A stretch of 64,000 nucleotides of DNA from Octopus sinensis (GCF_006345805.1 NC_043005.1:8680001-8744000), one strand, 5' to 3'; positions 24,901 through 40,407 are shown, counted from the stretch's first letter. Program-made: numbers and translations. Notes: generated by a model not told the origin, from the sequence alone.

Positions 24901-27690
24901 TGTCTCATTTACGGACCCAAGAAGCTTTATTGTATTTTTTACCTATTCAGATTACAACAACTATCTACTATAAACAGGTGTGTGCTTATTCTCTTTGCAA
25001 AGGTATTAATGTCTCGGTGTATCTTTTTGCATCTACAGTACACATTACATTTACCTTGTTTTTATCTTTCCACATCCATGGGTGTCTCTAAGAATACTGA
25101 ATACCACATATTGACCATTAACACAACCCTGTAAACTATAATCTCAACCCTATGTAAACTATAATGTGTCAGCTACCAAACTTCAAATTTCCTCACATTA
25201 CTTTGTTCGCCAATTCTCTATGGTGTACTCGAAACTACTTTTGTAAATGTTATTCATCTTGAAGCACCAACCACATTTATGCGTTGAGTGCACCGCGTAA
25301 ATTGCAATGGTTCTTAAATGGAAAGTATACAAGTTTATGTGTTCGTGTGTGATTGTGAGCACAGGTATGTATGTATTCATATGTATGCATCTATAAGTAT
25401 TCATATGTCAAAGTATTACGTGTGTATATGCTTGAACAGGTATATGTTTATGTATAGGTATGTAGTTGTACCTAGATGTATGTGCATATGAAAATGTATG
25501 TGTGAACGAATTTATATGTACATATGTATACGTGTGTTTGTATATATACGTATGTGTTTCTATACAAACACACATATACACATATATATGTGCGTGTATA
25601 CACACTCTCACATGCACATTTATACAAATACGTTAGTGGCTGTACGAACCTTATTTGTGTTTGTGGTTGTGGTTGTGTCTATGCGTGTGTATATATCGAA
25701 AGTGAATATATTTGTTGGGTTGCTTTTCCTGTTCTTCATTTTGGATTGTAATAGAACCAGTTTCGGAGTAATATGCTTTGGAAAACTTGAATATCCGCCA
25801 GATTTCATAATACATCTATACCTTGCTGCTCACTGAATTGGATTCGTGTCACCTACGGTTCTTCCGTTATTAGAAAATTCTGATTTTGCAACAGGTTACC
25901 GGCCAGCATTATACACGTCACGCTAGATATTACATCGACATTGCTTAGTGTCTGTTCAGCTCCATCGTACAAAAATGAAAGCGGGATATTAACTATTTAC
26001 ACTGATGGCTTATTATAATATATATTTCTTTGCAAAGGATTGCTCCTTCAAACACACAGCTATATACATACATGTACAGTCGGTCATAATCACGCATATC
26101 TACCATTAGACGAGTATAAAGAAAATTGTTCCTCGTCGATTTCGACGACAAGCCTTTGATTAACTGATTTTCCCTCTCATTGGATTAGCATGTATATGGC
26201 TGTGTATCCCACAGAAATGTTACGCGTTGTCTTCGAAAAAACTCAGTATGGCATCCTTTGGATTTCGACTACATTCTATTCAAGGGTTTCTTGTAAAACG
26301 CTTTTCTACAATGCAGTGTCATACCGAAAGCTTTCGTTGACGCAGGGAATGGTAAAAGAAACTTTGGAATCTATTTTGGAGAATCGTGATTATGAACGAA
26401 CTTTACCATTTGTTTATCGTTACAAAAATATTTCAGACAAAGAAGTAGTTTCTCATACATGCATATACATACATACATACAAATATACGCATATATATAT
26501 GCATGCATACGTACACTCACGCACACACACAGATATATACATATACAATCACCTGACACTTAACTGTTATTTGCAGAACCTCCCCTATCGTTTTGCATGA
26601 ATTTGTGCCTAGTTTGAGAATAATTTCCATATTCCCACCCCAAACTCTTGGGAGATTCTAAGAACAACATTTGGGGTATAAAAGTTAATAGATGTCGATG
26701 TCACATTCGTTGAAAGCATGCGCAATAACCTGGAAAATAAAAATAAAAAATCACGAAACAGAACTCCGTTGCTGGGAAATTCACGTTTTCCCGGTGATCC
26801 AACAGTTCACGGATGGTCTAGTTAGGTTGTAAAATGTATTTAGCAGAACCGTTAAAGCATTGGATTGAATGAATCCTACATATTTTTTCCAGCATGTTAT
26901 CTTCAGAGTTCAATCCTGCCCAGATCAGATTTGCATTTCATGTCAGGGGCGGGTGCGTCGATTAAATAAAGTATCGGTGAAGCATATGGGTCAAATAAAT
27001 CGAAAGATCTCCACCCAACAAACTTCCGGCGTTATGTCTATGTTAGAAATATTAATTTTGATAGCGTTGGACTAACAAAATGGTTATAGCAATGGCTAAG
27101 TGTCTTGTGATATTTGCTATTGTTTCTTATATTCTAAGTTCAAATATTGCATCGGTCAATTTTACTCTTCATCCATCCGGAATCACAATGATAAATCACC
27201 AGACGAGTGCTGCTATCGAAGTAATCGCCCTAATTCTCCTCGTTAATATTAAACTATTAAGAGTTATACTGGCTATAGTTGCCTGTAGTTTCTATTGTAC
27301 AACCAGGTACAACACCATGTTTCTGTACAATATACCTTTCTGTTTTCGGGAAATATGGAATTGTTTTTGCCTAGCTACATCTATTTTGATTTGATTTGGA
27401 GACACGCATTTTTGTTCATTTTGCATGAATGCAGACTATTCTCTGGATTCACTCAACCTCCATCTCTGATATGATGAAAATTCCGTTGTTTGAACAACTT
27501 GATTGCTAGCTCCTGAATTAACGAGCAAATTGCTGAACGGTTTGCAATGTCAGCATAACACAGTGTGGAACAAGGCTCTGCTTTATTAATTATACATTTG
27601 ATCCACCTAATAGGCTCCTATAAACTTTCCGTTAACCTTCACCTAGTTTCAATCTCAAGGTATGGGTTTGATTCGATGCTATATAAAAGT

Positions 27691-27981
27691 GGTGAAGGTG
27701 CGTGGCTTAGTGGTAAGAGTATTTAGCTCACGACTGTAGTGTCGTGAGTTCAATTCGCGGCGACGCGTTGTGTCTTTGAGCAAGACACTTTATTTGACGT
27801 TGTTCAAGTCCACTAAGCTGACAAAAATAAGTAGTACCTGTATTTGAAAGGGCCACCTTTTTAACACTACATGTCACCCTGAATCTCTCTGAGAACTACG
27901 TTAAAGATACACGAGCATGTGGAGTGCTCAGCCACTTGCACATTAATTTTGGAAGCCACATTATCGTAACCGACGGAGTAC
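27691..27981 (+). mobile_element. SINE type D (tRNA head, core, tail ending gtaaccgacggagt)
   Basis: gtggcttagtggtaag A box and gagttcaatt B box. It shares its tail with 45594 and 47324. Confidence 0.8.
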
Positions 27982-28084
27982 TTAATGAAGTGAAACTCTC
28001 ACAAACTTGCGCGCAGTGGGACCAAATGCTGAGTTTCGTTGTTGCCAAATATACTTAACCATTCGGTTATAACGTGCTTATAGA

Positions 28085-28456
28085 CCGATCTTACGTTACA
28101 AGGATGTTTGCAAAAGGGACATGAAGGCCTGCAACATCAATATTAGCGGTTGAGAGGCAGTTGCCGGCAACCGTGGAGAATGGCGACGTACCCCAAAAGA
28201 GGGAATACAAAGGAGTGACAGAGAGAGAGAGAGGAGAAATGGAAAGAAAGGAAGAGACGTAAACAAGAGACTATGGCACTACAACCAGCCAGGAACAGAC
28301 TTCGCTACATTTGCGGTACCTGCCAGAGGGAGTGTTTGTCCAGGATAGGACTACACAGCCACAGCAGGAAATGTATCAGGACATGAAATGTAAAAGCCGG
28401 ACTAGACTACTTCATGCGCAACTCCATTGGCTCCCGAGACAAAAAGGATGCCAACC
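28085..28456 (+). mobile_element. RTE/BovB-like LINE 3' end
   Basis: PILRYKDVCKRDMKACNI...RGEWR...YICGTCQRECLSRIGLHSHSRKC, followed by a short 3' UTR. Confidence 0.9.
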
Positions 28457-29015
28457 AATAGACACATACACAGATACACGCTGCTACATATAGATTTATA
28501 CATATATACATACCGCACACAGAGACGTACACATGCACACACACGCAAACACGCGCACATATCTTTCATAGTCCTAGATTTTTCCCTCACGTTCGATTCT
28601 TCAGAAGACGAAAAAGAATTGTTCGAAGGTCTCCTAAGGTTATATCTGGCTAAAGCTATGTGCAGATGCTAACGCTCTTTGAATGTAATCCCAATGTTAC
28701 TATTATTCTCGTGTCAGAAATACTTAACGAAATAGCAACCGTTGAATGAGTGATATAATTAGTGTGCGTATGTGTGTGTGCATGATACAACCGAAGAATA
28801 TTCTGACTAAACACGGGTCTAATGTTACAAATAAACGCATTCATGTACACGTGGCTACCCATACACACAACATCGATGTACTTTTACGCTCATCTGCGTC
28901 GTGCTAATTGCTGTGTATGTGGATATAGGCGGCAGTGTGTAAGTGTACGTGTGTGTGTATATAGTTGTGTATATATGAATATTTATGTATGTATAAATGT
29001 ATGTATATATGTATG

Positions 29016-29047
<32 letters not shown>

Positions 29048-29119
29048 GATGGATAGAGAAAGGAGGGAGAAACTATAGCATACATGCACAAATATATATA
29101 CGCACATATATGTATGTAT

Positions 29120-29185
<66 letters not shown>

Positions 29186-29941
29186 GTGTGTGTGTGTATG
29201 TATGTATGTATATATATATATATATATATAAAGATAGATAGATAGATACATACATAGATGGGTATGTAGATAGATAGATATACTTTCTACCTATTTTACA
29301 ATCTCTAAACTCAATAGAATTTGCTTTAATTAATTAGTCGCGCAATTATTGAATAGCATACATTAGTGTGTATGGGTAGGAACGAACACATGTGTCTACA
29401 TTAAGCCTGCAGTGGAATAGACACGGTCATGCTATCTGATAGATTCTTCAGAACAACAGAAACGGAAATAAGCGGTGCCACTTTCATTTTATGTTACATG
29501 CAAGCTTTCACGAATTAAAAAATACGATAAAATAACGTAAAAATGCGAAATACAAAAATCAATAGATGATAAGGCTGAAAGATATAAAGAAACAATGAGG
29601 AGAGTGAATTAAGTTAACGAGAGAAGAGTGTGAGAGGAGTGTGTGTGTGTGTGTATTATTCGAAAGGGGGGAAGGAAGTGGATGTGAATCAGTGTGTGTG
29701 TGTATGTGTGTGTGTTTCCGTGTTTCTATGTATAGAGACAGAGTGACAGAAGGGGAGTGAGCGTGATAGAAGGCAACAAAGTACATAATGTCAATCATTC
29801 TCTCATCGATATGTAGTTGACAGAGAAATGTATACATATCTACAACTACATGCCTCTCCGTTTGACTCTCTCTTTTCTTTCTCCCTCTTTCTATTCCTTT
29901 CTTTCTTTCGTTCTCTCCCACTATCCCTCTCTTTGTGTATA

Positions 29942-30333
29942 TCTTATATATAAAAGAGAGGTTGTGTGCTGTCTGTCTCCTAAGATTTAGATTCCTAACT
30001 ACTCCCACATTTGCGGTGCAGTTTAACCAAAACCGGGTATTTATAGTCGTGATTCATATCGAGCCCTTCTGGGTATTAGCGCGCGTCTACGATGAGTCTG
30101 CGATTTAAAAAAAAATTACCATCAATTTTTCCCATTTTTAATGCATTTTTGGCATATATAAGGGAAGTAACTCTCTAAAAATGTATTATTAAATCTCAGA
30201 ACGTAAAAAGCTACAGTAACACCCCCTCTTTGTGGTTAGCCATATTGAGATGGCTATTATACTTTACATCTCTTAAAATGCTTATATAGTTATTTCCCTT
30301 ACAAACCCAAGCAACGCCGGGTGATACTGCTAG
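29942..30333 (+). mobile_element. Non-autonomous Helitron
   Basis: A|TCTTATATATAAAAG start, cccaagcaacgccggg hairpin, and CTAG|T end. Confidence 0.85.
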
Positions 30334-30499
30334 TCTATATATATATAGCTGTGTATCTATTTATCTATTTATATTTCTATCAATCTAACTAAATGTCTGT
30401 CTGTTTATCTATCTATCAATCTATCTATCTATCTCTCTATCTATCTATCTATCTCTCTATCTATCTATCTGTCTGTCTGTCTGTCTGCCTATCTGTCTG

Positions 30500-30570
<71 letters not shown>

Positions 30571-30710
30571 CTCTATCTATCTATCTGTCTGTCTGTCTGT
30601 CTGTCTGCCTATCTGTCTGTCTATCTATCTATCTATCTATCTATAAATACATACATGCATACATGCATACAGACAGACAGACAGTAGACGGACATGTGTA
30701 TGTATATACA

Positions 30711-31050
30711 TAGGCGTAGGTTTGGCTTTGTGGTAAGAAGTTTGCTGCCTAACCACATTCCAGTTGAGTCCATCTTGGACACCTGTTTTCTACAATAGCC
30801 TCGGGACGACCAAATCTTTGCGAGTAGATTTGATAAAAAAAAGCCTGTATTATATTAGTATTAGTATCTGTGCAACACTTGACAATTTTTATTGGTTTGA
30901 TTACGTCCCCGTAAGCTAGCGGACTGACAAAAATATGTATAAAATATGTATAAAATATGTATAAAAATAAGTATAGGGATCATTTTCTCAATTTCCTTGA
31001 TGGGATTCCCTAGCATGGCCGCAGTCTAATGACTGAAACACCGAAAGGAG
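30711..31050 (+). mobile_element. Degenerate bipartite SINE type A
   Basis: Diverged head (taggcgtagg..gtggtaag), core (tagcctcggg) and tail (agcatggccgcagtc..tgactgaaac). Confidence 0.6.
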
Positions 31051-31177
31051 AAAAGATATAGCCATGATAGATCGCTAGCCACTACACATTGTTTAAATTT
31101 CTCTCCTTGTTTCTTTCTGTAGAAGAGCATAAGCTCGAAACGTTAGACACTTTTACACTTCCCGAGCTTTATACTAA

Positions 31178-31237
<60 letters not shown>

Positions 31238-31240
<3 letters not shown>

Positions 31241-31700
31241 GTCCTCGTCAACTTACGACCAGGACTGGTTCTGACTAACTGGTCGGAAGTCGATTTGGTC
31301 GTAAGTCGGCCTATAGGCCGATATATCGCTTTGTCGTATATTTTTACATTCTCAAGTTACATTCTAAGGTAAAAGACACATACTGCATTCTTTATTATAA
31401 TAATATACTTGCGATAGTAAAAAATTTTTGAGTTTCAAGCAATCGTTTTATAAACAAATACTAGGTTGCCTCGATGGTTCGAAAACAAGATATTCATCCA
31501 AAACTTGGGATAACCACAGTGAAGATCGATAACCAAACCCCAGCGTATTGTTTGTTAGCTGACAACATCCGTAGGTGGGTGAGAAAACCTATTAAATGTC
31601 AACTGGACTACTTATTATTGCTGCCGACAGCTGGCACGCCAATCGCCGTAAAGTCGATCTGTCGTAACTCGGATTGGCCGAAAGTCGACGACGACCTCTG
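31238..31700. mobile_element. Tigger/pogo-like MITE
   Basis: Imperfect TIRs caggtcctcgtcaacttacgacc and ggccgaaagtcgacgacgacctctg, in TA-rich flanks. Confidence 0.7.
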
Positions 31701-31703
31701 AAT

Positions 31704-31745
<42 letters not shown>

Positions 31746-31748
31746 CAT

Positions 31749-31790
<42 letters not shown>

Positions 31791-31810
31791 CATACATAAT
31801 ATATATATAT

Positions 31811-31872
<62 letters not shown>

Positions 31873-31911
31873 CACATGCATATCTTTATTATATATATAT
31901 ATAATATATAT

Positions 31912-32300
31912 TCTCTTTTTTACTTGTTCAGTCATTTGACTGCGGCCATGCTGGAGCACCGCCTTTAGTCGAGCAAATTGACCCCAGGACTTATTCTTTG
32001 TAAGCCCAGTACTTATTCTATTAATCTCTTTTGCCGAACCGCTAAGTGACGGGGACGTAAACACACCAGCATCGGTTGTCAAGCAATGCTAGGGGGACAA
32101 ACACAGACACACATACGCATATATATATATATATATATACGACGGGTTTCTTTTCAGTTTCCGCCTGCCAAATCCACTCACAAGGCTTTGGTGAGCCCGA
32201 GGCTATAGTAGAAGACACTTGTCCAAGGTGCCACCCAGAGGGATTGAACCTGGAACCATGTGGTTGGTTAGCAATCTACTTACCAAACAGCCACTCCTAC
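31912..32300 (-). mobile_element. Bipartite SINE type A
   Basis: Same layout as 17493. Confidence 0.9.
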
Positions 32301-32481
32301 ACCTATAATATCCCTTCTATTTTTTTTAATTATTATAAATCTTCCACTGAGGATGCAGCCGATTTGCAACAAAGATACACGGCTCCATATTTGGAATGTA
32401 GTTAAGACAGACAAAACTCACATTTGGAGCTTGAGAAAAGTCCTGCATATATTTACTCTTCCATTCACAGATTGCACTTGC

Positions 32482-33950
32482 ATGTGTGTATGTATGTATG
32501 TATGTATGTATGTATGTATGTATGTATGTATGTATGTATGTATGTGTGTATGTAGTAGTATGTATGTATGTATGTATGTATGGAGTATGTATGCATGTAT
32601 TGTATGTATGTATGTATGATGCATGATGATGTATGTATGTATGTATGTAGTATGTATGCATTGTATGTATGTGTATGTATGTTGTGGTAGTAGTATGAGT
32701 ATGTATGTATTAGTATGTTGTATGTGGGCTTAGATGTAGTATGTATGTATGTATGCATGTATGTATGTTGTATGTATGTTGTATGTATGTATGTATGTAT
32801 GTAGTATGTATGATGTGTGTGTAGCATGTATGTATGTATGTATGTATGCATGTATGTATGTATGTATTTGTATGCATGATTGTATGTATGTATGTATGTA
32901 TTGTATGTATGTGTAGTATGTGTGTATGTATTGTAGTATGTATGTTGTATGTATGCATGTATGTATGTATGTATGTATGTATGATGTATGTATGCATGTA
33001 TGTATGTATGTATGTATGTATGTATGTATGGGTGTGTATGTATGTATGTAGTATGTATGTATGTATGTATGTATGTGTGTATGTATGTATGTATGTATGT
33101 ATGTATGTATGTGTGTATGTTGTATGTATGTATGTATGTGTGATGTATGTATGTATGTATGTATGTATGTGTGTATGTATGTATGTATGGTGTGTATGTA
33201 TGTATGTATGTATGTATGTATGTATGTATGTATGTGTGTATGTATGTATGTATGTATGTTTTATGTATGCGTATGTATGCATGGTGTATGTATGTATGTA
33301 TGTATGTATGTATGTGTGTATGTATGTATGTATGCATGTATGTGTGTATGTATGTATGTATGTATGTATGTATGTATGTATGTATGTGTGTATGTATGTA
33401 TGTATGTATTGTGTGTATGTATGTATGTATGTATGTATGTTGGTGTATGTATGCATGTATGTATGTATGTATGTATGTATGTGTTGTAGTATGTATGTAT
33501 GTATGTATGTATGTATGTATGTGTGTATGTATGTATGTATGTATGTATGTATGTATGTGTGTATGTATGTATGTATGTATGTATGTGTGTATGTATGTAT
33601 GTATGTATGTATGTATGTATGTATGTGTATGTATGTATGTATGTATGTGTGTATGTATGTATGTATGTATGTATGTAGTGTGTATGTATGTATGTATGTG
33701 TGTATGTATGTATGTATGTATGTATGTATGTATGTATGTGTGTATGTATGTATGTATGTATGTATGTATGTGTGTATGTATGTATGTATGTATGTATGTA
33801 TGTGTATGTATGTATGTGTGTATGTATGTATGTATGTATGTATGTATGTATGTATGTATGCATGCATGTATGTATGTATGTATGTATGTATGTATGTATG
33901 TATGCATGTATGGATGTATGTATGTGTGTATGTATGCATGTATGTATATA
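32482..33950. repeat. (TATG)n array of about 1.47 kb
   Basis: Directly visible. It is the source of all the long HTYI/MYVC ORFs. Confidence 0.98.
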
Positions 33951-34566
33951 TGTACGTCATTCTTCAGTTTATTTCAAGATTTCGTGCCAATAGAGAAACA
34001 ACCGGTGTCTAACCTAGATTCAAGACTCCTTCATTGGAATTTCAAAATCAACAGGGTATTTTTGTATGTATGTATGTATATATATATATGTGTGTATGCG
34101 CAAATTTGTATGTTTTATGTATGTATTCTCATGCATATAGTTGCATATCTAGACATGGTCATATATATTCAAATTATAAACCTCTGGAAAGTTTTACACA
34201 TGTTTACATTTCCAGTGAAGGGAAGGATCTGTAGTCTTCGATTTAGCTTTCTCAAATTCCTAGTTTTGAGAAGCCTAATTTCTCAAGATTGGTATTTAGG
34301 CAGTGTGTTACATATTCCAGGGCCCCAATAATTTTCGTTTTAGGTAGAGGCGGTCTACGTCACCCTTTATGTAGAAATTGTGTGCTTGTTAATATTTTTC
34401 GGGTTTTCATATCAGTGGCTCGGATCTCAGCAAGCGCCCATCAAGAAGCCCAATTATTGGTTAGTGTACAGGGACTATAAATACATTGTGGGCCACTGTT
34501 TTATTGATTACAGAGTTCTGAGGTCCAAATTTTTTTTTATCATGTTGTAATATTTTTGTATGTATG

Positions 34567-35000
34567 TATGCATAATTCTAATGGAAACAGAATTAACTCA
34601 CAAGAAGATAGAAGCGTCAACCTGCCACATAATTTCTTTGAGGATCACCCGCAAATACAAAACAATCAAGAATATATAAATGTCTTTAGCTGATTTCGAA
34701 ATACATACATATATAAAATAAATAAAATATATATCCGAAAACAAGCACATTGTAAAGAAGAAAGCAGCAATTATTAAAACAAATAGGTAAATACTGATTA
34801 TAGAGTTACTAAAGGTAAAAGATTGATATGAAGTGAGAGTATACTGTACGCTTTATTTACCACGACGATCGTTTCGGCTTATGTTGTTATAGGAACAAAA
34901 TGTACATATTATAACACTGTAACGTATTATGTAGCCCTATGACGTTTTCTCTGCACATTGAACTACATTCGAGTCCCTTATATCGCTTCCCACCCAATAT
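34567..35000 (+). repeat. Direct duplication of about 430 bp, copy 1 (copy 2 at 37832-38258)
   Basis: Near-identical sequence from gcataatt..aatggaaaca to cttcccacccaatatg. Confidence 0.95.
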
Positions 35001-36243
35001 GTCATTATTCAGTTTTATTTCAAGATGTTTTGCGAATAGAGAAAGAGCCGGTTTCTAACCTAGATCCAAGGATCTTTCATTGGAATTTCAACAGCAATAA
35101 AAGGTTATATTCGTATGTATGTATGCATGTATTGATGTATGTATGTACATGCAGATTTGTATGTCTTGTTTTATGTGTATCTTCTCATGCATGTACTTGC
35201 ATATCTAGACATGCTCATATATACTTAAATGACAAACTTTTGTTTTGTTTTACAGATATTTACAGTTCTAGTGATGCCTGTAGTCTTCTAATCAGCTTTC
35301 TCATTTCTGCCTTTGAGAAGTCTAATTTCTCATGTTTGGTATTTAAGCAGAATGTTACATAACCCAGTGACCCAATAATTGCAGTTATAAACCTGAACCA
35401 CTAGTCTGGATAGAATAGCTCCAGATTTCTCAATAGTTCAGCGTAGGTATTCTCATTTTTACTGATCTTCAGGTTTATGCTAACATCAACTGGGCAGCTG
35501 ATTTCTACAACTGTACATGCATACATACATACATACATTCAATACATACATACATACATACAATACATACATACATACATACATACATACATAGTACATA
35601 CATACATACATACATACATACATACATACATACATACATACATACATACATACATACATAGATGCATACATGCATACGTACATACAACTGTTTGTTTATG
35701 TACTTATGTATGTATTCACGAATAAATAATCTCTGGATGTAAGGAATGGGAAATGTAAAGACTACATATGTTCCGTAGCTGAACAATGCGTGTTACATAA
35801 TTTGTAACATGCATATAACCCGTTTAGCTAACCCTCAGTTGCGACTACCATCGAGTTGCTTATACCATCACCACAATGTAAAAAAAAAAACTTGTAGGTA
35901 ATCGGTCCTGAGATTTAGCTAAACGGATTTATGCATATTACAAATTACGTAAAGCATGTTGTTTACCGAAGAAATATATGCAGTTTTTATTTACCTTTCC
36001 CATTCCTTATATTCACGAATTTCTATTCGCATACTTAGTAATTTTCCTTACAAAGCCGTGAGCCTTATAATGACACTAGAGTCACTGAAATTCCCGTTTC
36101 TTTGATATGGGACGCAATATATAACATACGACAGTTATTAAACTCTCTTTATTATTCATCATATATTGTCCACCTTTTGTCATCTGCACTCGATGTGTAA
36201 GTGACTAAAGTCTATTTAACTTCCTGTACTTGTTTCTTTCGGC

Positions 36244-36345
<102 letters not shown>

Positions 36346-36599
36346 AGTCTGTTAACCTATCCGTGTGTATGTATTTTGAAAAATCCGAAACCGGTACTGC
36401 ATTATCCGTTATCTAGGTTTTTCATTTTTCAGATGTTCTTCCTAGAGGTAAGACAATTTTTTTCATGTTTGTTGCACACACACGCATCTTTACTAGTACA
36501 TACGCAGTGACGCTATACATTAGCGTCGTATTTATTACGTTCGCTATTTTCCAGTAAATATCGGTGCTTCGTTGTGTCATTTATTTACTTTTATGTATA

Positions 36600-36658
<59 letters not shown>

Positions 36659-36664
36659 TATATA

Positions 36665-36716
<52 letters not shown>

Positions 36717-37675
36717 CGTGTGTGTGTGTGTGTGTGGTGTGCGTGTGTGTGTGTGTGTATGCAGATGTATATAGTTGACAATAGCTGACAATCCCTAAAA
36801 AGGAAATAAAAGAAGCACGTCTGCTTCATAGAGAGTTTATAAGAATATTTATTTATATTGCAATTAATACATTTAATCAGTTTCGCGTTTGAAAGATTTT
36901 CAAAAGTGTAAGATTTACGTAAATTAGTGTTTTGTTATAAATTGTATTGCTTCAGGTCGTTTTCTCTAAAATTCATTCATTTTCTATAAAGAATATAACT
37001 CAGATTTTTAACAGCGAACGTACAGGTTGGTATTTTGAGGAAGATTCACGTGGTGAGTTAAGATAATTTTTCAGTTCGATCTCTCCTACGTCGGTATATA
37101 GAGGCCATGTGATAGCCGCAGGTGAATATCTCCTGGAGAGTTTAATCTAGAGGATACATCACCTGGTAGTCAGAGCGATCGCTATGTACAGTGTAAGTCG
37201 CACCCAATCTTTCGGCTGTCGTTGCCCCGTGGATATGTCAAGTAGCTATATTAGCTATATGAGCGGTTATTTTCTTAATTAGCAGAGGCGTTGTGAGATC
37301 TTAGCGACGTATATACAACATTGGCAATTGATGCATTCTTCATTGCATTCTGGAAAATATGGACAATTCTTATTATAAAATATCTAAAAAGGAAGGGTTA
37401 CTTCGAATCTAATTAGGAATACATATCTTGTGTATACGCCTGCAGTAAAAAATTCCAGAAAACGAGAAGTGAATAAAAAATATTAATTCTGTTCCTTCCA
37501 TTTGCACAACATATATTCAAATACTCTGCGACTGTGTACGCGCACAAATATTAGATAAATGAACGAGGCACACACAAATATACACACACATATGGATTTA
37601 TAGATACATTCTCAAGACGTATATTCATACGTATATACATATATATATATTACATTATATATATATATATATTAT

Positions 37676-37762
<87 letters not shown>

Positions 37763-38490
37763 CACATGTATATATATGTGTGTGTGTGTGAGTGTGTTAG
37801 GAAATAGTGTAACGCTACATATACACACAACATGCATAATTTTAATGGAAACATAATTAACTCACAAGAAGATAGAAGCGTCAACCTGCCACATAATTTC
37901 TTTGAGGATCACCCGCAAATACAAAACAATCAAGAATATATAAATGTCTTTAGCTGATTTCGAAATACATACATACATATATAAAATAAATAAAATATAT
38001 ATCCGAAAACAAGCGCACTGTAAAGAAGAAAGCAGCAATTATTAAAACAAATAGGTAAATACTGATTATAGAGTTACTAAAGGTAAAAGATTGATATGAA
38101 GTGAGAGTATACTGTACGCTTTATTTACCACGACGATCGTTTCGGCTTATGTTGTTATAGGAACAAAATGTACATATTATAACACTATGTAGCCCTATGA
38201 CGTTTTCTCTGCACATTGAGCTACATTCGAGTCCCTTATATCGCTTCCCACCCAATATGAAGTGCAGACGTAATCTGAAATGACTGTTGTGCAAAACAAA
38301 CATTATAGTACACTCTGTTTTCCATATCAGTTAAAATATAGTAAACGTGCACCAAGGAGTTCCTTACGTAGATCCTGCGACTAAAGTTCAGTATCGCAGA
38401 TGATACCAGGTCGATGTATGTGGTTAACTTGCTCTCAATGTGCACTACCAAGGACAGACCCAAAACAAGGTTTGGTTACTACATTTTAAA

Positions 38491-39167
38491 GGGGTCTAGG
38501 CAAGTTTGTCTAAAACAATTTGTCTAAAATACAATGATCTAAATGCAATTTGCCTAAAACAATTTGTCTAACACACAATCTGACTAAAAAATAAAAATTG
38601 TTTCTTTTTGATGAATTCGTTTTATTTACTCATAAATTATAATTCTTTGGGTTTATAACTAGCTCTTAACTATTTATAAAAACATTAAGATTATTATAAG
38701 TCAAAATACATAAGAACAAAATATAGTATTTACTGAAAGGACTTATTAAATCTTAAAATGAAATGTTGTGTGCTATACCACGAAGGTAATAAATAATATT
38801 TTGTGGATTAAAATTTTGAACAAAAATGTAAATTTAGTAAACACGTTTGGCTATGGGTCTTTTCACTGCGAATAATTCCAAATGAGAAATTTGTTTTAAA
38901 AAAACAATTAGTTTTTTTAGTAAACAACTAGATTTATTCCATATTATCGCAAACAACTATCTATACTTAAAAGCATGAGTAAACGACTTTTCCTTTCCAA
39001 TTCCTATGAATTCATCAAAAATGAAACAATTTTTATTTTTCAGTCAAATTGTATTTTAGAAAAATTGTTTCAGGATTAATATTGTTTTTGACAAATTGTT
39101 TTAGACAAATTGCATTTTGGTCAATTGTATTTTAGACGAATTGTTTTAGACAAACTCACCGGATACC
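38491..39167. mobile_element. Foldback-type TIR element with subterminal repeats of about 15 bp
   Basis: GG...CC termini and inverted arms of about 130-160 bp made of aatttgtctaaaac-like units. Flanks attttaaa/attttagc could be a decayed 8-bp TSD. Confidence 0.7.
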
Positions 39168-39222
39168 ATTTTAGCGACTCCTGTCTAATCTTTAATTCTG
39201 AAGATAACCTATGAATTCTTTT

Positions 39223-39440
39223 ATTCTTTTACTTGTCTCAGTCATTTGACTGAGGTCTTGTTGGAGCACCACCTTAAAGGTTTTTCGTCGAAGAAATCGA
39301 CCCCAGCACTAATTCTTTGTAAGCCTAGTACTCATTCTATCGGTCTCTTTTGTCGAACCGATAAATTACGGGGACGTAAACGCACCAACATCGGTTGTCA
39401 AAATATGGCGGGGTATAAACACAGACATACACACGCACAC
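39223..39440 (-). mobile_element. SINE type A, 3' half
   Basis: tcttttacttg..cagtcatttgactg...caaacacagac block. Confidence 0.85.
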
Positions 39441-40356
39441 ACACACAAATACACAAACACACATATATTATATATATTTAAGCAAACATATACTAGTTTA
39501 TGCATTTGTTTTGCAAGATTTCTGAAATGAAATCACGTGCTGCTGAAACAGATATTGTTATAATTGGGGAGGGTCATTTTGCCAATAAACACACACACCA
39601 TTTTTATAAGCTTCCCTTAAGTATTTTTATTGTTATTAGTTCATAATTGTCTCATCACACTTTCTTTGAGTACGTCAATGGCTATCTTTTCTTCGTTGTC
39701 GCCTTTTCTCCCTCTCGTCTTGTCCTGAATATTCCGTCTTGTTTTATGTCATTTATATTTCTATCTGATTCGCATACAGTATAATCGCTGAAAAGGTTAG
39801 AGAATGTGTGACGAAAGAAGCGAAGCAATCAAGCTAATAAGAAGATAAAAGCTACACTGAAGATCAAATAAATAGCGCACGCGTTCATTGGCAAAATGAC
39901 CGGCCCCAAGTATAACAATATATGAGTAGACAGACAGCGGCAACTGATGAAGGGCCGTTTCTCTGTGTTTACTTATCCTGTTCTCCATTTTCTCTCGTTG
40001 TTTATGTATCTAACTCGTTTGTTTACGTATTTCATGTTGCTGCACAATGGGTACCAATATTTGTATCCATATATGCATATATATATATATATAATATATA
40101 TATATATATATGGAAAGAGAGAGAGATAGATAGATAGATACATACATATATGTATATGTATATATATATATACTCACACACACACAGACAGACAGACACA
40201 CAAAAACGTTTACATAGCACAAATATATATACATGTATTATATGCATACATATGGTTTATATATATGTGTGTGTATTGATGTTTATATTACTACACACCT
40301 ATGTATGTATATAAGCACTCTAACATTACACGTAGAAGCATATAACCCCTCCACAT

Positions 40357-40394
<38 letters not shown>

Positions 40395-40407
40395 GGTCTG
40401 ACTAATA

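Noticed and set aside
32465-34331. Long ORFs of 390-480 aa
   Set aside because: They are translations of the (TATG)n array, which has no stop codons in several frames.
34860-34880. GAAACGATCGTC hammerhead-like 3' half on the minus strand (also near 38130)
   Set aside because: There is no CUGANGA core upstream.
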